In this document: positions 40,265 to 53,085 of the stretch, in pieces
Layout of the letters: every line of letters starts with the position of its first letter
How positions within the stretch are numbered: position 1 is the first letter of the stretch
DNA from: Thermoanaerobaculia bacterium
Lineage (GTDB): Bacteria > Acidobacteriota > Thermoanaerobaculia > UBA5066
Assembly: GCA_963816185.1 (NCBI GenBank)
Contig: CAWFJJ010000030.1
Span: forward strand, 256,001-320,000
Length of the DNA stretch: 64,000 nucleotides
Reading direction: 5' to 3'
Made by a program: the position numbers and the translations under genes
The notes under the pieces: generated by a model
Databases searched by the model: none
The model's input: only the letters and a program-made list of their open reading frames with translations
What the model was told of the DNA's origin: nothing

Positions 40265-43200
40265 CGGCCCCCCGCCGGCGCCGGCTCGGGCACGGGCCCC
40301 GGCGCTCTCTCGTTCGTCCGGCCGCGCTTCTTCACGAGCCGGGTCGCGAGGCGGTCGAAGGCGAGGTAGATGACCGGCGTCGTGTAGAGCGTCAGGAGCT
40401 GGCTGAAGATGAGCCCGCCCACGATCGCGATCCCGAGCGGCTTCCGGAGCTCCGAGCCGGTGCCGCTCCCGAGCGCGAGAGGGATGCCGGCCAGCAGCGC
40501 GGCCATCGTGGTCATGATGATCGGCCGGAACCTCAGGAGAGCGGCCTGCGTGATCGCGTCGACGGGGGCTCTTCTTGTCGCTTGCGCTCGGCGTCGAGGG
40601 CGAAGTCGATCATCATGATCGCGTTCTTCTCGACGATGCCGATGAGAAGAATGATGCCGATGAGCGCGACGACCGTGAAGTCGTTCCGGCAGAGGATGAG
40701 CGAGAGAAGAGCCCCGACGCCCGCGGACGGGAGCGTCGAAAGAATCGTGACGGGGTGGATCGTGCTCTCGTACAGGACGCCGAGGAGGATGTAGACCGTC
40801 ACGAGCGCCGCGAGGATGAGGAGCGGCGTGTTCGTCAGAGACGCCCCGAACGCCCGGGCGGTCCCCTGGAATCCCGCCTGGATGCTCTCGGGCAGGCCGA
40901 GCTCCTTCCGCGCCTTTTCGATGGCCCTCACCGCTCCTCCGAGCGAGGCGTCCGGTGCGAGGTTGAAAGACACCGTCGCGACGGGGAACTGCCCCTGATG
41001 GTTCACGGAGAGAGGCGTCGACGCGGTCTCGATGGTCGCGAGCGAGCGCAGCGGCACCGAGCCGCCGGACGAAGAGCGCAGGTAGACGTTCTGGAGGTCC
41101 TCCGGACGGACCTGCAGCTCCGGTCGCCCTTCGAGCACGACGCGGTACTGGTTGAGCTGGGTGAACATCGTCGAGACCTGCCGCTGTCCGAACGTGTCGT
41201 AGAGCGCGTCGTCGATCTGCTGCGGCGTGATGCCGAAGCGCGACGCCGAGCTCCGGTCGATGACGACGCGCGCCTGAAGCCCCGCGTTCTGCATGTCGCT
41301 CGCGACGTCGCGCAGCTCGGGCAGGCCCTTCAGCTTCTCGACGAATCTCGGGACCCACGTGTTCAGCTCGGCGGCGTCGGCGTCCTCGAGGCTGTACTGG
41401 TACTGCGTGCGGCTGACCCGGTCCTCCACCGTGAGGTCCTGCACGGGCTGAAGGAAGAGCGTCATCCCGGCGACCTTCTGCACCTCCGGCTGGAGCCGGC
41501 GGATCAGGTCCTCCGCGCGGATCTTCCGCTCGTCGAGCGGCTTGAGGTTGATCTGGATCCGCCCGCTGTTGAGCGTCTGGTTCGTGCCGTCGACGCCGAT
41601 GAACGACGAGAGGCTCTCGACGGCGGGATCCTTCAGGATGACGGCCGCGAGCTGCTGCTGCCTCTCGGACATCGTCTCGAAGGAAGCGGACTGCGGCGCC
41701 TCGGAGATGCCGAGGAGGACTCCGGTGTCCTGAACCGGGAAGAAGCCCTTCGGGATCACGATGTACAGGAGGATCGTCGCGACGAACGTCGCGACCGCGA
41801 CGACGAGCGTCGCCGTCTGGTGCCCGAGGACCCAGTGCAGCGTGCGGTCGTAGAAGTCGATGACCCGCTTGAAGACGCGCTCGGAAGCCCGGTAGACGCG
41901 GCTCTGCTCCGACTCGGATTTGTGGTGCAGGAGGCGCGCGCACATCATCGGCGTGAGCGTGAGCGAGACCGCCGCGGAGATGAGGATCGTCACCGACAGC
42001 GTCACGGCGAACTCGCGGAAGAGCCGCCCCACGATGTCGCCCATGAAGAGGAGCGGGATGAGGACGGCGATGAGGGACACGGTCAGCGACAGGATCGTGA
42101 ACCCGATCTGCTCGGACCCCTTCAGCGCGGCGTCGAGAGGCTTCTCCCCCGCCTCGATGTACCGCGTGATGTTCTCGATCATGACGATCGCGTCGTCCAC
42201 GACGAATCCGGTCGAGATCGTCAGCGCCATGAGCGTGAGGTTGTTCAGGCTGTAGCCGAGGGCGTACATCGCGGCGAACGTGCCCACGAGGGAGAGCGGA
42301 ACCGCGACGCTCGGGATGATCGTGGCCGCGACGCTCCTCAGGAAGAGGAAGATGACCATGACGACGAGCGCGACCACGAGCATCAGCTCGAACTCGACGT
42401 CCTGGACCGACGCCCGGATCGTCGTCGTGCGGTCCGTCAGGATCGCGAGGTCGATCGCGGCCGGCAGGCCGCCCTTGAGCTGCGGGAGGAGCGCCTTGAT
42501 GCGGTCGACGACCGCGATGATGTTCGCGCCGGGCTGCCGTTGGATGTTCACGATCACGGCCGGCGTCTCGTTCATCCAGGCCGCCTGCTTCACGTTCTCG
42601 GCGCCGTCGACGACCGTCGCCACGTCGGAGAGATGAACGGGCGCGCCGTTCTTGTAGGCGACGACGAGCGGGCGGTAGTCCGCGCTCTTGAGGAGCTGGT
42701 CGTTCGCGCCGATCGTGTACGCCTGCGTGGACCCGTCGAAGCTCCCCTTCGCCTGGTTGACGTTCGCCTGGGCGAGAGCCGTCCTCACGTCCTCCATCGT
42801 GAGTCCGTAGGAGGACAGGGCCGCCGGGTTCACCTGAACGCGCACCGCCGGCTTCTGGCCGCCGCTGATCGACACGAGGCCCACTCCGGGAAGCTGCGAG
42901 ATCTTCTGGGCGAGGCGCGTGTCGGCGATGTCCTCCACCTGCGCGAGCGGCAGCGTCTTCGACGTGAGGGCGAGCGTGAGGATCGGGGCGTCGGCCGGGT
43001 TCGTCTTGCTGTAGATCGGCGGGTTCGGAAGATCGCGGGGCAGGAACGTCCCCGCGGCGTTGATCGCGGCCTGCACCTGCTGCTCGGCGACGTCGATGTT
43101 GAGCTCGAGCGTGAACTGGAGCGTGATGACCGAGGCTCCCTGCGAGCTCGTCGACGTCATCTGGTTGAGGCCGGGCACCTGCCCGAACTGCCTTTCGAGC

Positions 43201-43397
43201 GGAGCGGTGACGGAGGACGCCATCACGTCCGGGCTCGCGCCCGGGTAGAACGTCAGGACCTGGATCGTCGGGTAGTCGACCTGGGGCAGAGCCGAGACCG
43301 GCAGGAACTGGAATCCCACGATGCCGACCAGAAGCAGGCCGGCCATCAGGAGCGACGTCGCGACCGGCCGCAGGATGAACGGGCGGGAGGGGTTCAT
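40261..43397 (-). CDS. mdtB: RND permease MdtB-like (frameshift near 40575)
   Basis: [43 protein letters not shown]; C-terminus continues in another frame. Confidence 0.9.
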
Positions 43398-44761
43398 TTG
43401 CGCGCGGCGGAAGCGGCGCCCTGGTCTGCGGTGCGGAGCGCCGGCGGCACGCGCCTTTTCCCACCTCCACCTTCGTGCCGGCCTGCAGCTTGTCGACGCC
43501 TTCGGTCACGACGGTCTCGCCCGCGGAAAGGCCCTTGGCGACGGCGGTCGTGTCTCCCTCCGTGAGCCGCACCTCGACGGGGCGCGCGTCGACGGTCTGA
43601 TCCTCTTTCACGACGTAGACGAACGTGGACTGCGTGCTGCGCTGGATCGCGGCGTTCGGCACGAGGACGACGCCCTTGAGCGTGTCGATGAGGAGCCGCG
43701 GGTTCACGAACTGGTTCGGAAAGAGCCCGTCGTCGGAGTTCGGGAAGATGGCCTTGAGCTTCACCGTGCCGGTCGCCGTGTCGATCTGGTTGTCCACCGT
43801 CGCGAGCTCACCGGTCTCGAGCTTGTGCTTGAGGTCGCGGTCGAACGCGTCGACGGGCAGCTTCCGGCCCTGGCGGAGGCGGTCGCGCACCGCGTTGAGC
43901 TGGTCCTCGGGCAGCGTGAAGATGACGGCGATGGGCTGAACCTGCGTGAGGACGACGAGCCCGTTCGGGTCCGCGGCGTGCACCATGTTGCCGGCGTCCA
44001 CGAGCCGGAGCCCGGCGCGGCCGCTGATGGGCGCCGTGATGCGCGTGTATGTCAGGTTCAGCCGCGCGGCGTCGATCTGCCCCTGATCGGTCTTGAGGAC
44101 CGCCTCGCCCTGCGCGACGGTCGCGGCCTGCGTATCGAGCTGCTGCTTCGGAATCGAGTCCTGCGCCGCGAGAACCTGATAGCGCTCGAGGTCCAGCCTC
44201 GCGTTCCGGAGGACGGCCTCGTCCTTCGCCTTCTGCCCTTCGGCCTGCGTGAGCTGCACCTCGAACGGGCGCGGGTCGATCTCGGCCAGAAGGTCGCCCT
44301 TCTTCACGGTCTGCCCTTCCCGGAAGGCCACGTTCACGAGCTGCCCGTCCACGCGGCTCCTCACGGTGACCGTGTTCAGGGCCGTGACCGTCCCGAGCCC
44401 CGTCAGGTAGACGGGCAGGTCGCCCGTGCGCGCCACCGCGGTCACGACCGACACCGCCCGAGGACGCGCTTTCGCGTCCGCCTGGCGCTGCGCACTCTTT
44501 TTGCGAGCGCCGGTCAGAAAGATGACCGCAATGACCGCGAGGACCAGGGCGCCTACGATCCAGGGCCACCGGCGTGGCTTTCCGGAGGGTTGGTCCGGCG
44601 GCTCATCTGGCGGCTTTTCGTCCCTCTCATCCCGGTTTTCTTCCGGCCGGTGCTCCTGCGGGGACGACTTCGCGGCGTTCTCCGGCACGCGTTTCTCGGG
44701 CTGCGCGGCAGCCTTCGCCGCAGGCGGGACCGGAGGAGCTTCGGTCTCGGGTGGGGCTCAT
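43394..44761 (-). CDS. mdtA: RND periplasmic adaptor MdtA-like (frameshifts near both ends)
   Basis: [53 protein letters not shown]. Probable ATG at 44761 after GAGGA (alternative GTG at 44688). Confidence 0.88.
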
Positions 44762-44942
44762 TTGTTCCTCGGGACCGGGACACAACCCGGATTCTGGACG
44801 TGGGGGGGGCAAGTGCAAGTTCCGGACCCTCTCGGCGGAAAGGATTTTCAAGACGCGTAGTTTAGCGTCGCCGGCCGGGACCGTTGACTCCGGACAGCTC
44901 GAGTGTCCTATTGGTTTCAAAGCACGAGAAAAAGGAGATCCC

Positions 44943-45896
44943 ATGAGACGCTTCCTTCCTCCGCTTGCGCTGACGGCGCTCGCCCTAGTCTCTTCGTGCG
45001 CTCGCAGCCGCGGACCGCCGGATGCTCGCTCCTTCACCGTCTTCGTCGACTCTCGGCGGGGAAACGACGGGCACAACTGCGGGACCATCGCCAATCCGTG
45101 TAAGACGTTTCAGTTCGCCGTGGACTACGTCGCCGCGCTCGGGAAGGTGATCGCCGAAGGAGTCCGGCGAGTAAGGCGCGCTCAGCATCACCAAGGCCGT
45201 CACCGTAGAGGCTGCGGCCGGCGTCAAGGCTCTCATTGCGACAGCGTCGGGCACGGGGATCGACATTTACGCGCGGCGACACCGAACGGTCACGGTGAAG
45301 GGACTGACTCTCGTGTCGCAGCGTTCCCTTCCGGCCTCGGTCCAGGGCATCCACTTCGTCGGGGGCCACGCGCTGCGCGTCGAGGGGTGCATCATCGACG
45401 GATACGCGATCGGCATCTGGGCGGTCGCGCCGGCGCCCGCCCTCCTGTCCGTGAGCGACACGATCTTTCGTTCCTGTTACTTTGGGTCGAGCTTCGGCTC
45501 ACCTTCGTCAATGATGCACGGCTCGTTCGACCATTGTCGCTACGAGGACGGCATCTCCGGTTTCCTCCTGCAGGAGAACGGAGTCGGCGTGGTGTGGGAC
45601 TCCGTCTTCACTGGGATGCAGGCGGCGGGTCTCGGGGCGTCGGCGGGGCCCCCGGAACCAGAGTTGAGCTGAATCTGGAGAACTGCCTCATCGCCCACAA
45701 CGGAGACACCGGCATCCTTTCTTCCGGCAGAAACGGGGGATCGGCGACGATTCGAATCTCCGGCTGCACGATCGCCGATAAAGGCAACGGCGTAGTCGCG
45801 TCCCAGGGCGGGGTCGTCCTCTCGCGTGGCAACAACAGGATCGAAGGGAATGGGAAGGACGTCGTAGGAACTCTGGGAAATTACGCGGGGAAGTAG
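44943..45896 (+). pseudogene. secreted right-handed beta-helix repeat protein, broken by frameshifts and a stop
   Basis: Signal or lipoprotein N-terminus, GNDGHNCG..NPCKTFQ.A, LSITKAVTV, VTVKGLTL, C-terminal SRGNNRIEGN; frame changes at ~45160, ~45275 and ~45650. Confidence 0.65.
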
Positions 45897-45907
45897 CCGC
45901 CGCGCGC

Positions 45908-46282
45908 TCAGTAAGGCATCTCGTCGTCCTCGAGCCCGAAGTAATGCCCGAGCTCGTGGACGAGCGTGTCCTTGATCTCCTTCACGGCTTCCCGATTGCT
46001 CCTCGTGTTGCGCAGGATCGGGCCGCGGAAGACGACGGCCTGCGGCGGAAGAGCCGGGAGCATGTCCCACGACATCTCCGTGCGCATCGGCCCGCGGAAG
46101 ATGCCGAAGAGATCCTCGTCGTCGGGCGTCCCCGTGAGCTCGTAATCCTCGTCGGTCGGCTCGTCCTCGACCGCGATGACGACGTTCTCGAGGCGCGACC
46201 GGAAGAGCTCCGGAAGCTCTTCGATCGCCTTTTCGACCAGCGTCTCGAACTCGGCGCGGGAGAGGCGCGGCGGGCGAGCCAC
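45908..46282 (-). CDS. zincin-like metallopeptidase family protein
   Basis: FETLVEKAIEELP..LENV...VED.P, LFGIFRG, HELGHYFG (HExxH). Confidence 0.88.
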   Translation of the reverse strand: MARPPRLSRAEFETLVEKAIEELPELFRSRLENVVIAVEDEPTDEDYELTGTPDDEDLFGIFRGPMRTEMSWDMLPALPPQAVVFRGPILRNTRSNREAVKEIKDTLVHELGHYFGLEDDEMPY

Positions 46283-46293
46283 GAGAACCTCTC

Positions 46294-47118
46294 CTACTGC
46301 ACCCGGAACAGCCGCCTGAAGTTGTCCGTCGTGACGCGTGCGACCTCTTCGACGGGCAGCTGTTTCAACTCGGCCAGCTTCGCGGCCGTGCGCGGCAGGA
46401 ACGACGACTCGTTCGGTTTGCCCCTGAACGGCGTGGGCGCGAGATAGGGCGCGTCCGTCTCGAGAAGCATCGACGCGAGCGGCAGAGCGGCCGCTGCGTC
46501 CCGGACGTTCTCCGCTGACTTGAACGTGAGCATCCCCGAGAAGCTGACGAGGTAGCCGACCGCGAGCGCCCGCTGCCCCGTCACCGCATCCGCACAGAAG
46601 GAATGGAAGACGCCGCACAGATTCTCGGGATCTCCGGGCGCGAGGTGCTCGAGGATCGGGAGGAGGTCCTGCTCGGATTCGCGGTTGTGAAGGAGGACGG
46701 GCAGCCCTTTCTCCCGCGCGAAGCGCAGCTGCGCCTCGAGGGCGTAGCGCTGCGCTTCCTTCGGCGAATGGTCGTAGTGGTAGTCGAGGCCGATCTCCCC
46801 GACCGCGACGACCTTCTTCGATGCCGAGAGCTCCTCGAAGAGCTTCAGATCCACGTCCTCGTCGAACTCCTTCGCCTCGTGCGGGTGGATTCCGACGGCC
46901 GCGAAAACGCCGTCGTACTGCTCGGCGATGTCGACGGCCAGGCGCAGGTCGTCGCGATGGGTTCCGGGCACGAGGATGCGCGTGACGCCAGCGTCCTTCG
47001 CGCGGGTCACGAGCTCCTTCACCTCGGCCGCGGTCGGCGCCCGCGGAGCGCCCTTCATCTCGCCGCCCTCGAACACCATCGTGAGGTGCCCGTGCGAATC
47101 CGCGTATTCGGCTGTCAT
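46294..47118 (-). CDS. tatD: TatD family DNase
   Basis: DSHGHL, GIHPH, VGEIGLDY, LHNRE, FHSF, LLETDAPYLAP. Confidence 0.93.
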   Translation of the reverse strand: MTAEYADSHGHLTMVFEGGEMKGAPRAPTAAEVKELVTRAKDAGVTRILVPGTHRDDLRLAVDIAEQYDGVFAAVGIHPHEAKEFDEDVDLKLFEELSASKKVVAVGEIGLDYHYDHSPKEAQRYALEAQLRFAREKGLPVLLHNRESEQDLLPILEHLAPGDPENLCGVFHSFCADAVTGQRALAVGYLVSFSGMLTFKSAENVRDAAAALPLASMLLETDAPYLAPTPFRGKPNESSFLPRTAAKLAELKQLPVEEVARVTTDNFRRLFRVQ

Positions 47119-47131
47119 TCCGGGAGCGCCA

Positions 47132-47955
47132 TCAGCGCAGGCGCGAGCCGGGCGAGGCCGGATGCCGTGCGTAGTAGTCCACGATCGCGTTCCACGCCTC
47201 GGCGCCGCCCTCGGCCCAGGAAATGAGATCCAGATCCTCGCGCGCGATCCCGCCCTCGTCGACGAGGAGCTGCCAGTTGATGAGCTTCTCCCAGTACGCG
47301 CGGCCCACGAGGACGATCGGGACGCGCTTCATCTTCCCGGTCTGGACGAGCGTGAGCGTCTCGAAGAGCTCGTCCAGCGTGCCGTAGCCGCCCGGGAATG
47401 CGACGAGCGCGCGGGCGCGCATGAGGAGGTGCATCTTGCGGATGCCGAAATAGTGGAACCGGAAGCAGAGCGACGGCGTTATGTAGGCGTTCGGCCACTG
47501 CTCGTGCGGAAGCTGGATGTTGAAGCCCACGGTCTTGGCGCCGGCGTCCCAGGCGCCGCGGTTCGCGGCCTCCATCGCGCCCGGGCCGCCGCCCGTCGTG
47601 ATCACGAAGTCGCTCATCCCGTCCACCTGGCAGCTCGTAGAGGCGATGCGCCCCAGCTCCCGCGCCTCCGCGTACCACCGGTCTCCCTCCTTGAGACGCG
47701 CGCCGCCGAAGACGACGATCGTCGTCCGGATCCCCTGCTGGTCCAGCTGGAAGTCCGCCTTCTCGAGCTCGAGCATGAGCCGCACGCCGCGCAGCTCGCG
47801 GCGCGCGAGGAACGCGAGGTCCTCCTGCGCCAGCGCGTACGTCGGCGACGCGAGGATGGCGTCGAGATTCGCCTTCGCCGAAGGGTCGGCCGGGACCGGG
47901 GGCGTGGGCGGCGGCGGCCGGTGCGTGTTGTCGTCGTGCCGTTGCGGTTTGACAC
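47132..47955 (-). CDS. LOG family (TIGR00730-like) protein
   Basis: VRLMLELEK, VVFGGAR, TGGGPGAMEAANRGA, FGIRKMH, FPGGYGTLDELFE; start region probably frameshifted. Confidence 0.9.
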
Positions 47956-50087
47956 TTACTTGACCTTCGACCCCGAGGGGACGGCCGCGTCGACCATGAG
48001 AAGCGAAGCCTCGCCCGTCTCGGGGAAAGTCGCGGCGAGGATCATCCCGTTCGACTCGACGCCCATGAGCTTCGCGGGCTGGAGGTTCGCGACGAAAACG
48101 AACTTCCGGCCGACGAGCTGATCGGCCGTGTACGCCGTCGCGATGCCGCCGACGATCGTTCGCACTTCCTCGCCGAGCTTCACGGTCATCTTCATCAGCT
48201 TCTTCGACTTTTCGACCTTCTCGGCCGCGATCACCTCTCCCACGCGGAGATCGATCTTCATGAAGTCGGAGATTGAGATTTTGCTTTCGGACGGGAGTGG
48301 GCGAGGCCGAAGTCATTGCTTGCTGCGCAGGAGTGGCAGGTGATGGTGGATTTTGCTTAGAAGGTAAATATCCCGAGCCGTCGGGCGCTGTCAGCGCGCC
48401 CGTGCTCCGCCGGCCGCCGGCCGCCCGCGGCGGCGCCTGCCAAGACACGCCCTTCGAAGAATCTTCCTTCACGTTTTCGGAAGCCACTGACCTCTCCTTC
48501 TTGGCGCTGCCCTCGCCCGCGCCTCTGGAAGCAAAATATTCTCTCGCGTCCGCCCTCGGAAAGAGGGGCGGCGCGGATGGAAGCGGGGCGCTCAGAGGAA
48601 GCTGGCCCCATGCGAGGTCGCTCGGGCGCAAGTCCTCCGCATGCCTGTCGATGCCGAGTCGGCGAAGCACTTCAGTCGCGGTGCTCGGGGTGATCGGTGC
48701 GAGCATCACGGCCGCGAGGCGAAGGCCTTCGAGGCAGTCGAAGAGAATGCCGGACCGGAAATCGGAGGTTTTTCGAATGAGTGTTCCGCCGGGCGCGCCA
48801 CGGCTCGTTCGTCGTGATGTAGCTGTCGATCGCGCCGAGGAGCGCGCGAATCTCCCCCGCGGCGTCCTGCAGCCGATAGCCCTCGAACGCCGCCCGCCAG
48901 CGGGAAACCGACGACGCGGCAGTCTCCGGCCATTCGAAGGAATTCTTCTTCGTGCTCTTTCTCGGCGGCGTCTTGCCCTCGAAGAAATCCCTCGACATCT
49001 TCACGGCACGCGAGAGCGTGTTGCCGAGGCCGTTCGCGAGGTCCGCGTTGTAGCCGGCGAGGAAATCCTCGTCGGAGAAGCTCGCGTCCTGCCCGAACGA
49101 CATCGCCGAGACGAGGTGCCAGCGCAGGGCATCCACGCCGAACGCAGCGACGAGATCGTCGGGGCGCACGACGTTGCCCGTGGATTTGGACATCTTCCTC
49201 GCGTCGCGGAGCCACCAGCCGTGGCTCACGACCTGCCGCGGGACGTCGAGGCCGGCCGACATGAGGAAGGCGGGCCAGTAGACCGCGTGGAACCGCAGAA
49301 TGTCCTTCCCGATGACGTGGATGCCAGGCCAGTAGCGCTCGTAGAGCGACTCGTCTTTCGAGCCGAAGCCGAGCGCGGTGATGTAGTTCACGAGCGCGTC
49401 GAGCCACACGTAGACGACGTGGCCCGGCCGGCCCGGGAACGGGATGCCCCACTTGATGGACGTCCGCGAGACCGAAAGGTCCTTGAGCCCGGACCCTACG
49501 AACGAGCGAACCTCGTTGAGGCGGCTTTCGGGGTAGACGAAAGGCTGACCGTCGGCGCCTTTCGCCCGGTACAGCTCGAGCAGGCGGTCGCCGTAGCGCG
49601 AGAGGCGGAAGAAGACGTTGTCCTCCTTCTGCAGCTCGAGCGTCGTGCCGTGGACGGGACACTTTCCCTGCACGAGGTCCTTCTCCGGGTAGAACGCCTC
49701 GCAGGGCGCGCAATACCAGCCCTCGTGCGAGGCCGTGTAGAGGTCGCCCGCCGCGTCGATGCGCCGGATGATCTCCTCGACGCCCACGCGGTGCCGCGGC
49801 TCGGTCGTCCGGATGAAATCGTCGTTCGCGACCCCGAACTCTTTCCAGAGATTCCGGAAGGTCGGCGCGTGGCGGTCGGCCACGACGATCGGGGCGACGC
49901 CCTCTTTCTTGGCGACCTTCTCGATGTTCTGGCCGTGCTCGTCGGTGCCGGTCAGAAACCGCACGTCCTCGCCCGCGAGGCGGAAATATCGGGCAAGCGT
50001 GTCCGTGACGACCGTCGTGTAGAGATGCCCGATGTGAGGCCGGTCGTTGACGTAGTAGATCGGGGTCGTGAAGTAGCGGCGCGCCAT
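47956..50087 (-). CDS. metG: methionine-tRNA ligase with C-terminal tRNA-binding domain (frameshifted)
   Basis: TTPIYYVN..PHIGH (HIGH), GTDEHG, YVWLDAL, GKDILRFH, KMSKS; C-terminal KIDLRVG..NLQPAKLMGVESNGMILAA. Confidence 0.95.
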
Positions 50088-50189
50088 GAAGAATCGAGGA
50101 TACCGCGGGTGTTGGTGTGAGTGGTGAGAGAGTGGTAGGAGTTGGGTGGGTTGAGGTAGTCTCCCTAGAAGAAGATAGAACGGATAGAA

Positions 50190-52898
<2,709 letters not shown>

Positions 52899-52923
52899 GC
52901 TCTGGAGTCGAGAGGCCGGGCGC

Positions 52924-53053
52924 TCAGGCCCGCATGGCCGTCACGGCCTCGGCAACGCGGCCCCCGATCGCGAGAGAGGCCGTGGACGCGGGCGAGGGCG
53001 CGTTCAGGACGTGGACGATCTGCCCGTGGGGAACAAGGACGAAGTCGTTCGAG
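52924..53053 (-). pseudogene. displaced, diverged copy of the lhgO 3' end
   Basis: DFVLVPHGQIVHVLNAPSPASTASLAIGGRVAEAVTAMRA* versus the LhgO C-terminus DFRIVAHGRVLHVLNAPSPAATASLAIGERIADRVLAMRRP*. Confidence 0.88.
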
Positions 53054-53085
53054 CATGAAGTGCGGGCAGCGCGGATGGGGGAAGG

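Noticed and set aside
2924-43565. Long antisense or alternate-frame ORFs in the track (e.g. 2924-4558, 19301-21418, 22088-23890, 37168-39387, 40575-43565)
   Set aside because: Shadow ORFs of high-GC genes: Arg/Gly/Val-rich, no motifs, fully overlapping well-supported genes.
37166-50087. Programmed frameshifting or pseudogenisation of mdtABC, LOG and metG
   Set aside because: Breaks are scattered across many genes, including essential metG; sequencing indels are the simpler explanation.
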